Position numbers and translations under genes: made by a program
Assembly (NCBI GenBank): GCA_900539265.1
Contig: UQBM01000006.1
Span: 7,848 to 71,847 of the forward strand
Direction of reading: 5' to 3'
Length of the DNA stretch: 64,000 nucleotides
Source of the DNA: an uncultured Mollicutes bacterium
Lineage (GTDB): Bacteria; Bacillota_I; Bacilli_A; ML615J-28; CAG-313
Notes under the pieces: model-generated
The model's database searches: none
What the model saw: the letters and a program-made list of their open reading frames with translations, nothing else
Told to the model about the DNA's origin: nothing
Shown: piece by piece, positions 47,454 through 60,365 of the stretch
Numbering within the stretch: the stretch's first letter is position 1
Layout of the letters: each line of letters opens with the position of its first letter

Positions 47454-48143
47454 TTGGATGGAATTTTAAAAGTTTATAAAAGTTCCAACTTTGCAATTAT
47501 TGCGACAACAATAATAGTCTTACTTTTTATTATAATAGTTGGAATAAAATTAAAAAAACACAATCCAGATAAGCCACCAAAGGGAATTTTATTACTTGCG
47601 GAAATGTTAGTTAGTTGGACTAATGGAATGTGTCAAGAAGCGTTGGGAACAAGGTGGAAAAAATTCGCTCCTTATGTTTTGTGTGAAGGAATGTTTTTGT
47701 TAGTTGCTAATTTAAGTGGTTTACTAGGACTTACTCCACCAACAGCTAATATTTGTGTTCCTATTGCTTTAGGAATGGTAACAGGGGTAATTATGCATAT
47801 ATCATCCATTAAATATAATGGTTTAAAAGCATATTTAAAAGGTTTTTTAGATCCTATTCCCATTATGTTACCAATCAATATTTTTAGTGAATTGATTACA
47901 CCTATTTCAATGGGACTTCGTCTTTTTGGTAATATTTTTAGCGGAACCGTTGTAATGACATTAATATATTATGTACTTGGGCAAATTTGGTTATGGATTA
48001 TTCCTACTGGATATATCGTTACACCATTTATTACCCCCATTTTACATGCAATTTTTGATGTTTTTTTAGGATTAATTCAAGTATATGTATTTATGTTATT
48101 AACAGTTATTTTTATATCAGGAAAATTACCTGAAGAAGAATAA
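47454..48143 (+). CDS. atpB: F0F1 ATP synthase subunit a
   Basis: It carries the GLRLFGNIFSG motif with the essential Arg. Confidence 0.9.
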   Translation: MDGILKVYKSSNFAIIATTIIVLLFIIIVGIKLKKHNPDKPPKGILLLAEMLVSWTNGMCQEALGTRWKKFAPYVLCEGMFLLVANLSGLLGLTPPTANICVPIALGMVTGVIMHISSIKYNGLKAYLKGFLDPIPIMLPINIFSELITPISMGLRLFGNIFSGTVVMTLIYYVLGQIWLWIIPTGYIVTPFITPILHAIFDVFLGLIQVYVFMLLTVIFISGKLPEEE

Positions 48144-48172
48144 AAAGAAAAAATTATAGAAAATAAAAATAG

Positions 48173-48463
<291 letters not shown>

Positions 48464-48480
48464 ACAAAAGGGAAAATAGT

Positions 48481-49041
48481 ATGAGCGAAGAGATTGAAAA
48501 TTTATTAAATCAAGCGATTGAATTTTTAAATAAAGATCTTGAAACCTCACAAGCATTATCAAATATGTTAGTTACATTTATATTACAATTACTTGCTACT
48601 TTAGTATTATTTTTAGTAATTCGTTTTAAGTTTTGGAATGTAATTACTGCTATGATTGAAAAAAGAGAAACTAAAATAGCGGATAGTCTCAAGGAAAAAG
48701 ATGAAGCATTAAAAGAATTAGAAATAGCAAAAAAAGAAGCTGAATTTGTTAAAGTTGAATCTAAAAAGACCGCAAACTTAATTATCGAAGATGCTAAAAA
48801 AGTTTCACAAATTGAGGCTGATGAAATTTTAAATGAAGCAAGATATCAAATTCAAAGAGAAAAAGAAAATGCGCGAGATTTAATTGATAAAGAGCGCAAA
48901 TCAATGCAAGAAAATATAAAAAATGAAGTTGTAGATATTGCTTTTTTAATGGCCGAAAAAATAGTAGAACATGAAATTGATAAAAAGGCCAATCAAGAAT
49001 TGATTAACCAAACGTTATCAAAATTAGAAAAAAAAGATTAG
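48481..49041 (+). CDS. atpF: F0F1 ATP synthase subunit b
   Basis: An N-terminal TM helix plus a long charged helix, in the expected operon position. Confidence 0.85.
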   Translation: MSEEIENLLNQAIEFLNKDLETSQALSNMLVTFILQLLATLVLFLVIRFKFWNVITAMIEKRETKIADSLKEKDEALKELEIAKKEAEFVKVESKKTANLIIEDAKKVSQIEADEILNEARYQIQREKENARDLIDKERKSMQENIKNEVVDIAFLMAEKIVEHEIDKKANQELINQTLSKLEKKD

Positions 49042-49048
49042 GTGCCTT

Positions 49049-49588
49049 ATGATTACATCAGTTGGTTTGCAATATGCTAAAGCTTTATTTGATTTAGGAA
49101 GTGAAAAACATCTTGAAAATGTATATTATAATTATTTACAAATGGTTTGCAATATTTTAAATGAAAATAAAGATATTTTGAAAGTATTATCACATCCTTC
49201 AATAAAACTTGAAGAACGGAAAAATATTTTAAGAACTAGTTTTCAAGATTATGTTAATGAAGAATTTTTGCATTTTCTATTTGTTTTAATTGATAATTTT
49301 CGTTTAGAGGAAATTTCAGATATGCTTGATAGTTATGAATATTATTTAAATTTATCAAATAATATTTGTAATGCAATAGTTTACAGCAAATATCAAATGC
49401 TTGAAGAGGAAAAAATGGCTTTACAAAAAGCATTGGAAAGTCATTTTAATAAAAAGATAAATTTAAAATATCAATTAAATGTAAATTTATTAGGTGGTAT
49501 TATTGTTAACATTAATGGAAAAGTCATTGATGCCTCAACATTAAGGCAAATAATACATCTTAAAAATGAATTAAAGAAAGGTTGGTAA
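49049..49588 (+). CDS. atpH: F0F1 ATP synthase subunit delta
   Basis: OSCP-like; YAKALFDL. Confidence 0.85.
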   Translation: MITSVGLQYAKALFDLGSEKHLENVYYNYLQMVCNILNENKDILKVLSHPSIKLEERKNILRTSFQDYVNEEFLHFLFVLIDNFRLEEISDMLDSYEYYLNLSNNICNAIVYSKYQMLEEEKMALQKALESHFNKKINLKYQLNVNLLGGIIVNINGKVIDASTLRQIIHLKNELKKGW

Positions 49589-51097
<1,509 letters not shown>

Positions 51098-51137
51098 TTT
51101 ATTGTAAAATGAAATATAAAAGTGAAAGGAGTAAGTG

Positions 51138-53419
<2,282 letters not shown>

Positions 53420-53420
53420 A

Positions 53421-53810
53421 ATGAAATTATCTATTGTAACTCCTAAAGGTATTAGTTTTGATGGGGAAGTAGATCATATTATTATTGATGGCGATAATGG
53501 ACAACTAGCAATCTTACAAAATCATATTCCAATTGTAGTATCTATTAAATCTGGTTTTATCAAAAGAGTGAGTAATGATTCAGAATATTATCATATTATT
53601 TCTGGTGGATTGTTAGAATTCAGTAATAATGTTGCAACTGTTATTGCCCAAGAAACGGTTGTTGGCAAAACTTTTGAAGAAGCAAAAAAGACTTTAGAAG
53701 AAATGAGAAAAATTCAGAAAGAATCTAATCGAAAACAAGCTATAGATTTTTCAAAAATGGAAAGAGATCTTGCGTTAAATCTAAAGGAAATTCAAGCATC
53801 TAAATTATAA
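53421..53810 (+). CDS. atpC: F0F1 ATP synthase subunit epsilon
   Basis: Its length and operon position fit epsilon. Confidence 0.85.
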   Translation: MKLSIVTPKGISFDGEVDHIIIDGDNGQLAILQNHIPIVVSIKSGFIKRVSNDSEYYHIISGGLLEFSNNVATVIAQETVVGKTFEEAKKTLEEMRKIQKESNRKQAIDFSKMERDLALNLKEIQASKL

Positions 53811-53962
53811 AAAAATTTATAAAATTTATTATTTTAACACATAATATAATTGAATAGATACGTTTTCATAATAGATGATTTGTAATTTATTAGACATCGA
53901 AATATAATAGTGGTAAAATATAATAGTAAAATATATGCAAGAATGGTGGAGTCTGTCAAATA

Positions 53963-53986
53963 AAGGGCGGATTATGCCCTTTTTTG
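53963..53986 (+). terminator. Terminator about 150 nt after atpC, immediately followed by an extended -10 (tgctataat) for pyk
   Basis: aagggc ggattat gccctt followed by ttttt. Confidence 0.6.
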
Positions 53987-54020
53987 CTATAATAAAATCT
54001 GATAGTTAAAAGGTGAAAAA

Positions 54021-55436
54021 ATGAGAAAAACAAAAATTGTTTGTACACTTGGTCCTGCATCACGTGATGAAAAAGTACTAGAAAAGATGTTGTTAAATGG
54101 TATGAATGTAGCTAGGTTGAATTTTTCACATGGTAGTCATGAATATCATAAAGAAACAATTGAACTTTTTAGAACAGTAAGAGATAAATTGCAAATACCA
54201 GCAGCTATTATGCTTGATACTAAAGGTCCAGAGATTAGACTTGGTGATTTTGAAAATGAAGAAGTAACACTTATTAAAGGTGATTTATTTACTCTAACTA
54301 CTAAAAATATTTTAGGAAATCAAGAAATTGTTAGCATTACATACAAAGATTTACCTTCACAACTTCAAATTGGCAATAAAATTTTAATTGATGATGGAAA
54401 AGTATCTTTAGAAGTTCTTGATTCAACAATTACTGATTTAAAATGTAAAGTTTTAGTTGGTGGTAAAATATCAAATCATAAGGGAGTAAATGTTCCTAAC
54501 GTACATTTGAATTTTGAATATTTAAGTCAAAAAGATAAAGAAGATTTGAAATTTGGGGTAGAAAATGATGTTGACTATGTAGCAGCATCTTTTGTAAGAT
54601 CAAAAGAAGACGTTAAGAGCCTTCGAAATTATTTAGACTATATTGGCGGAAAAAATATTAAGATTATATCAAAAATTGAGAATATTGAAGGTGTTGATAA
54701 CTTTGATGAAATATTAAATAGTTCTGATGGTATAATGGTAGCAAGAGGAGATATGGGGGTTGAAGTTGAGTATGAAAGACTACCTGGCTTACAAAAAAAG
54801 TTTATTAGAAAATGTTACCAGGCGGGGAAGGTCGTTATTACAGCAACTCAAATGTTAGAATCAATGATTCATAGTTTGACGCCAACTCGGGCTGAAATAA
54901 CAGATGTTGCAAATGCAGTATTTGATGGCACTAGTGCCATAATGTTATCAGGCGAAACTGCTATGGGTGATCATCCTGATAAGGTTGTCAAAACAATGGC
55001 TAAAATTGCTCGCCAAGCTGAAAATGATGCATTAAACTTAAGAGTATATGATGGCATTCCACATGATAATGATATTGATGATACAACTAATGCAATTTGT
55101 GATGCAGCATGCACGACAGCTCGTGATTTAGATGCAAAAGTAATTATTGCTGTAACGCAATCAGGTCATACTGCTAGATGTGTTTCTAAATATCGTCCTG
55201 ATGTTCCTATTGTGGCACCAACACCTAATTTAAAAACCTACCATCAATTATCGCTTTCTTGGGGTGTATATCCTGTTAAAGCTTTATTCCAAACAAGCAC
55301 AAATCAACTATTTGATCATGCTATTGCTTGTGCTAAAATGAGTGGTTATGTCAATAAAAATGACCGTGTTGTTATTACAGCTGGCGAAAATGGAATTACT
55401 AATATTTTAAATGTTCAAATTGTTAAATTAAGATAG
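54021..55436 (+). CDS. pyk: Pyruvate kinase
   Basis: MRKTKIVCTLGPAS ... MVARGDMGVE. Confidence 0.95.
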   Translation: MRKTKIVCTLGPASRDEKVLEKMLLNGMNVARLNFSHGSHEYHKETIELFRTVRDKLQIPAAIMLDTKGPEIRLGDFENEEVTLIKGDLFTLTTKNILGNQEIVSITYKDLPSQLQIGNKILIDDGKVSLEVLDSTITDLKCKVLVGGKISNHKGVNVPNVHLNFEYLSQKDKEDLKFGVENDVDYVAASFVRSKEDVKSLRNYLDYIGGKNIKIISKIENIEGVDNFDEILNSSDGIMVARGDMGVEVEYERLPGLQKKFIRKCYQAGKVVITATQMLESMIHSLTPTRAEITDVANAVFDGTSAIMLSGETAMGDHPDKVVKTMAKIARQAENDALNLRVYDGIPHDNDIDDTTNAICDAACTTARDLDAKVIIAVTQSGHTARCVSKYRPDVPIVAPTPNLKTYHQLSLSWGVYPVKALFQTSTNQLFDHAIACAKMSGYVNKNDRVVITAGENGITNILNVQIVKLR

Positions 55437-55478
55437 AAGAATAATATCAAAAAATAATAATAAAATAATGGTGATGAA

Positions 55479-55700
55479 ATGGAAAAAAACCTAGCATTTT
55501 TATATTTTATAATTTTTGCAATTTCATACGGATTAATTTTTTATTTATTGTTAAAATCAAATTTTGAAAAATTATTTAAACCAGGAAAAATTAATGAAAT
55601 AAGAGTAGGATATTTTGTAACTTCATTTTTACTTGCTACAATTTTTTCTTATGGAGTGGTAAAAATTGTTGAATCAATTTATACATTAATTTTAAAATAA
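55479..55700 (+). CDS. Small membrane protein (73 aa)
   Basis: Two TM helices. Confidence 0.35.
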   Translation: MEKNLAFLYFIIFAISYGLIFYLLLKSNFEKLFKPGKINEIRVGYFVTSFLLATIFSYGVVKIVESIYTLILK

Positions 55701-55705
55701 TAAAT

Positions 55706-55734
55706 GTATAAATTAAAAAAACTGTATCATAATA
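55706..55734 (+). promoter_or_regulatory. Forespore-type promoter GTATA-17-CATAATA
   Basis: It has the same -35/-10 as the sspI promoter and lies upstream of the SpoIIQ-like gene. Confidence 0.4.
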
Positions 55735-55750
55735 ATTACGAGGTGATACA

Positions 55751-56395
55751 GTGAAGAATTGGATTAAAAAAATTGGCCAAAATAAATTTCAATTTTTCTT
55801 CTTTGTTGGTGTATTGGCAGTTTTATTAGTAGCATTAGTAATATCTGCTTCAATTAACGGACGAGAAGGACCAGTTGATGATAACCCTCCAGTTGTAACT
55901 CCACCAAAAGATGATGAGCAAGTTGACACAAAACCAGAAGAAGTGTTAAAGCTCCCATTTGATGAAACTCTTGAGTACCAAGTTGTTAGAAAATTCTATG
56001 ACAAAAATGCATCTAAAGAAGATCAAGCAAAAGCTTTAATTAAGTATGGTAATACATACCGAACAAGTAGTGGCACAGGCTTTTCAAAAAAGGATAATAG
56101 TTCATTTGATGTTTTAGCAGCTTTAAGTGGCAAAGTTATTGAAATTAAAGAAAGTCCTCTTTATGGTAACTATGTTGTTATCGAACATAATGACAAATTA
56201 AAAACTTGTTATTATGGATTAAGTGAAGTAACAGTAACTGTAGGTGCAGAAGTTAATCAAGGTGATAAGGTTGGAACAAGTGGAAATACAGACATCGATA
56301 AAGAAGCTGGTAATCATGTTTACTTTCAGGTATTAAAAGATAGTAAATATGTTAATCCTGAAGTTTTAATTGGCAAAAAACTATCTGAAATCTAG
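55751..56395 (+). CDS. spoIIQ: Membrane-anchored degenerate M23/LytM-domain protein, SpoIIQ-like
   Basis: An N-terminal TM helix. The C-terminal LytM fold (GNYVVIEH ... YYGL ... GNHVYFQV) has most of the HxxxD/HxH zinc ligands replaced. GTG start after an RBS (gaggtga). Confidence 0.55.
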   Translation: MKNWIKKIGQNKFQFFFFVGVLAVLLVALVISASINGREGPVDDNPPVVTPPKDDEQVDTKPEEVLKLPFDETLEYQVVRKFYDKNASKEDQAKALIKYGNTYRTSSGTGFSKKDNSSFDVLAALSGKVIEIKESPLYGNYVVIEHNDKLKTCYYGLSEVTVTVGAEVNQGDKVGTSGNTDIDKEAGNHVYFQVLKDSKYVNPEVLIGKKLSEI

Positions 56396-56428
56396 TTTAA
56401 AATAAAAAGTTATTACAAATAACATAAA

Positions 56429-56480
56429 AATGAGTTTAAAGTGACTATCAAAAATGGATAGTGATTTAAACTCATTTTTT
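56429..56480. terminator. Bidirectional terminator between convergent genes
   Basis: aatgagtttaaa ... tttaaactcatt followed by tttt. Confidence 0.6.
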
Positions 56481-56485
56481 ATAAA

Positions 56486-57049
56486 TTATAATTTATTTTT
56501 ACTAATTGTAATAATATAAGGAGAAAAAGGTCTATTGTAGTTTTGATATCTACAAACTAGATACAAATTACTTGGTAATTGATAAGAAAATGCATCAATG
56601 AGTTTACTTTCTATTAAACCTTCATGATGTCCTGGGTATATGACAATTATTATAAGAAAATCTTTTTTTAGATTAATTATTGAAAGGGCTTTTTTTATGC
56701 TATTTAAAGTTGCGTTAGCCTTAGTAGTTACTTTTTTATCAGAACCTGGTAGATATCCTAGATTATAAATTATTAAATCAAAATCATCTTCGATTAAAAA
56801 TTCATGAGAAGATAGATGATAGACAACGTTATCAAAATTAGTTTTTGATAATAACTTTTGCGTTTCATCAATCGCTTTTTTTTGAATATCATAGGCAATA
56901 ACAGTTCCCATATGATTTAGTGTTTTCGCTAAAAATAAAGTATCATTGCCATTACCACAAGTGGCATCAATAAAAATTAAATTTTTATTTTCACTTTTTT
57001 TATAAAATTCTTGAATAAGAATATGGGAAAATTCAACTATCTTAAACAT
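56486..57049 (-). CDS. mnmM: YtqB/MnmM-family class I SAM-dependent methyltransferase (tRNA mnm5s2U)
   Basis: The DATCGNGNDT signature is present, and the gene is paired with ytqA. Confidence 0.7.
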   Translation of the reverse strand: MFKIVEFSHILIQEFYKKSENKNLIFIDATCGNGNDTLFLAKTLNHMGTVIAYDIQKKAIDETQKLLSKTNFDNVVYHLSSHEFLIEDDFDLIIYNLGYLPGSDKKVTTKANATLNSIKKALSIINLKKDFLIIIVIYPGHHEGLIESKLIDAFSYQLPSNLYLVCRYQNYNRPFSPYIITISKNKL

Positions 57050-57993
57050 AAATCACCTTGAAATATTTTTTCCTTGCGCATAAGTTTATCTATTTCATTT
57101 ATAACAACAAATTTTTTTAAAGTCCAAAGAGGTTGGATTAATAAGTCTTTAGGAGCATCTCCTGTTATTCTATGAATTACAATTTTGTCATTTAAATATC
57201 TAAGTTGAGTAACAACAATATCTACATATTCTTCTAATGTTAAGATATGAAAAGGATATGTTTGATAATAGTTTTCTAAAGGAGTTTCTTTCATAATATG
57301 GAGCATATGAATTTTGATGCCATTTATTTTAAGTTTATTTAAGTATTTAACTGTCTCAATCATATCATTTTTGGTTTCACCAGGAAGACCATTAATAATA
57401 TGTACAATAGTAGTAAGTTGATATTTTTTTAAAAGTTTTATTGCCCTTTCAAAGGTATCATTTAAATAACCACGATTTATAATTATAGCGGTATGTTGAT
57501 GCATAGTCTGAAAACCAAGTTCAATCCAAACGGGAATAGTTTGATTAATTTGTGCTAAGTATTTTACAATTTCTTCATTTATGCAATCTGGTCTTGTGGC
57601 AATACTTAATATTTTGATATCTTCATCTAGTAAATTTTTGCCATCAAAAACTTGATCATATCTTTTTTTCAAATTTTCTATTGAATCATAAGTATTAGTA
57701 TTAGCTTGAAAATAAGCAATATAATAACCATTAGGCCATTTTTGTTTCATTTTATTAACAATTGATAAAAATTGCTCTTTAATTGTTAAGTCTTTTTCGC
57801 CAGCAAAATCACCACTACCTTTCGAAGAGCAAAAAATACAACCAGTATTACTAAGGGTTCCATCGCGATTAGGACAAGAAAAATTACCATTAAGGGCAAT
57901 TTTAAAAACTTTTTTGTGATATAAAGATTTTAAATAATTATTTAGTGTAACATAATGTTTTTCATCATTAATTAGTGTGTTCATATTTATCAC
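57037..57993 (-). CDS. ytqA: TIGR01212-family radical SAM protein YtqA
   Basis: CPNRDGTLSNTGCIFC is the family signature (a noncanonical radical SAM cluster motif). Confidence 0.8.
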   Translation of the reverse strand: MINMNTLINDEKHYVTLNNYLKSLYHKKVFKIALNGNFSCPNRDGTLSNTGCIFCSSKGSGDFAGEKDLTIKEQFLSIVNKMKQKWPNGYYIAYFQANTNTYDSIENLKKRYDQVFDGKNLLDEDIKILSIATRPDCINEEIVKYLAQINQTIPVWIELGFQTMHQHTAIIINRGYLNDTFERAIKLLKKYQLTTIVHIINGLPGETKNDMIETVKYLNKLKINGIKIHMLHIMKETPLENYYQTYPFHILTLEEYVDIVVTQLRYLNDKIVIHRITGDAPKDLLIQPLWTLKKFVVINEIDKLMRKEKIFQGDLCLR

Positions 57994-58140
57994 CTTAATA
58001 TATTTTACTATAAATTTGAATCTTTGTCATATTTGATGTTAAATCATTTTTTAGTAAAATCAATTAAAAAATAAAAAGAATATGTTAAAATAAATATAAA
58101 AAACTTTAATTATGCTATAATAAGCAGTAGGTGAAGAAAA

Positions 58141-59043
58141 ATGATAGAAAAAATTCGAAATAATAAAATTATAAGCATTTGTTTAATAGCACTTGTTTAT
58201 TTGGTAGCTTTGCTTATTGGATATATAAGCTATAAATATATTTCAATTGAGAATGTACTTTTGAAATTCTTTTTATGTGATATTATTGGAACTATTATTG
58301 TATATTTAGGCAGTTTATTATTTAATAATGCTTCAGTTTATAATCCTTATTGGAGTATTTTACCAATGATTATAGTTCCTTTTTTTATTAAAGAGACCAT
58401 AGGCTTTAATGTGTATACTATTATAATTATGATTCTTATAGAAATTTGGGGGTTGCGACTTACAATTAATTGGATTTTGCGATTTAAAAATTTAAATAGT
58501 CAAGATTGGCGGTATACTAATATTAAAAATAAGCATCCCAAACTTTGGCTTTTAATTTCTTTTTTTGGCATTCATATGTTGCCAACAATTATTGTTTTTA
58601 TAGGGCTTTTACCAGTTTTCGCTTATGTTGATGCATTTGAAAAAAATGTTGAGATTAATGGTACTTATTTTATATCATTAATTGTATGTTTAATTGCAAT
58701 TGTAATTGAAATGCTTGCGGATATTCAAATGAATAAATTTAAGAAAAATCCAGAAAATGTAGGTAAAATTAATCGAAATGGGCTTTGGAAAAAAAGTCGA
58801 CATCCTAATTATTTTGGTGAAATTTTATTTTGGTTTAGTATGTTTTTATTTAATCTATCGGTTAGAAGTGATTTATGGATTTTAATTTTTTGTCCATTAA
58901 TTGTTTTTTTATTATTCATTTCTATTAGTATACCGATGCTTGAAAAAAGGCAACTAAATAGCAAGATTGATTATTTTGAATATAAAAAGGAAACCAATGC
59001 TTTATTACCTATTTTTGCTCCAACTTCACAAAATAAAAAATAA
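58141..59043 (+). CDS. DUF1295/ICMT-like membrane methyltransferase-fold protein
   Basis: Multi-TM with the SRHPNYFGE motif. Confidence 0.6.
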   Translation: MIEKIRNNKIISICLIALVYLVALLIGYISYKYISIENVLLKFFLCDIIGTIIVYLGSLLFNNASVYNPYWSILPMIIVPFFIKETIGFNVYTIIIMILIEIWGLRLTINWILRFKNLNSQDWRYTNIKNKHPKLWLLISFFGIHMLPTIIVFIGLLPVFAYVDAFEKNVEINGTYFISLIVCLIAIVIEMLADIQMNKFKKNPENVGKINRNGLWKKSRHPNYFGEILFWFSMFLFNLSVRSDLWILIFCPLIVFLLFISISIPMLEKRQLNSKIDYFEYKKETNALLPIFAPTSQNKK

Positions 59044-59067
59044 AGAAATAATTTATTTCTTTATTTT

Positions 59068-59655
59068 TTATTTTATCTTTATTTTTACCATATTATTCGT
59101 TATATAAATAAGCATATTTTTAATTTCTTCAAAACTATTTTGAGGAATTTTAATAATTAATTTAACATTAGTAGAAAATTCTTTAGATATAATTTCTATA
59201 TTTTTTAAGCGGTTTTCAATTATATCTAAATAAGGATAATTAAATTCAATTTCTAAAATAATATATTCTATGATTTCACATATTTGGGCCTCTTTTAAGG
59301 CCAAACTTGTAGCTGTACTATATGCTCTAACAAGTCCTCCAGCACCAAGTTTGATACCTCCAAAGTATCGTGTAACAACACAAGCAAAGTTAGTTATTTC
59401 ATTTTTTTTAAAAACATCAAGAACAGGTAATCCAGCCGTTCCATTTGGTTCTCCATCATCATTATAATGGCCAAATTCTCCTGTTTTACCAATAATATAT
59501 GCAGTAACATTATGGGTTGCCTCAGCAAATTCTTTTTTAATGTCTAAAAAAAAAGACTTTGCTTCCTCAATACTTTTTACAGGTTTAATACTTGTAATAA
59601 AACGACTTTTATTTATTTCATAAATGGTTCTAACTTCATTTTTTATAGTATACAT
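59068..59655 (-). CDS. yigZ: YigZ/IMPACT-family protein
   Basis: KSRFITS ... GEPNGTAGLP. Confidence 0.8.
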   Translation of the reverse strand: MYTIKNEVRTIYEINKSRFITSIKPVKSIEEAKSFFLDIKKEFAEATHNVTAYIIGKTGEFGHYNDDGEPNGTAGLPVLDVFKKNEITNFACVVTRYFGGIKLGAGGLVRAYSTATSLALKEAQICEIIEYIILEIEFNYPYLDIIENRLKNIEIISKEFSTNVKLIIKIPQNSFEEIKNMLIYITNNMVKIKIK

Positions 59656-59792
59656 ATTATCACCTATATGTAATTATATCATTTTTTACATAAATTAACA
59701 AGTATTTTATTTGTAATTATAAAAATTTTTTGTAATTAGTATTATTTGCAAAATTATTATAAAAAAGATATAATATTTTTGGTGATTAATTT

Positions 59793-60251
59793 ATGAATAT
59801 AAGTTTAGAACAAAAGATAGTAGATATTTTAAAGACAAAAAAGTGGCAAATAAGTTTAGCAGAGTCTTGTACAGGAGGACAAATAGTTGCAACACTAGTT
59901 AATGCTACAGGGGCATCAAGGGTACTTTCCCAAAGTTATGTTACTTATTCATGTGATGCTAAAATAAGAATCTTAGAAGTTAAGAAAGATACTTTAGAGC
60001 GGTATAGTGTTTATTCTAAAGAGGTGGCAAAAGAAATGGTTGAAGGATTGCAAAAAGTTACTAAAGCTAATGTTTGCATTAGTGTTACAGGAGAAGCTGA
60101 AAGTAATGAACCATTTTGTAAATGTTATTATGGAATAATAATAGATGATAAAATATATATTGAAGAAGTTGCATTTAAAGGAAGAAGAAATGAGGTTAGA
60201 ATGAAACAAACAATGCATATTCTAAAAAGAGTATATGATTTATTGTTATAA
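59793..60251 (+). CDS. CinA C-terminal domain protein (nicotinamide-nucleotide amidohydrolase PncC-like)
   Basis: LAESCTGGQIVATL. Confidence 0.8.
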   Translation: MNISLEQKIVDILKTKKWQISLAESCTGGQIVATLVNATGASRVLSQSYVTYSCDAKIRILEVKKDTLERYSVYSKEVAKEMVEGLQKVTKANVCISVTGEAESNEPFCKCYYGIIIDDKIYIEEVAFKGRRNEVRMKQTMHILKRVYDLLL

Positions 60252-60365
60252 TATAAAGGGTTATTTTGGTTGCGATAATATGCCTTTTATGGTATAATAA
60301 TTAAGAATGTGTATTTAGAAGTTATTAATAATGGCAACTAAAATCACAAGTGTTGGAGGATTTTT

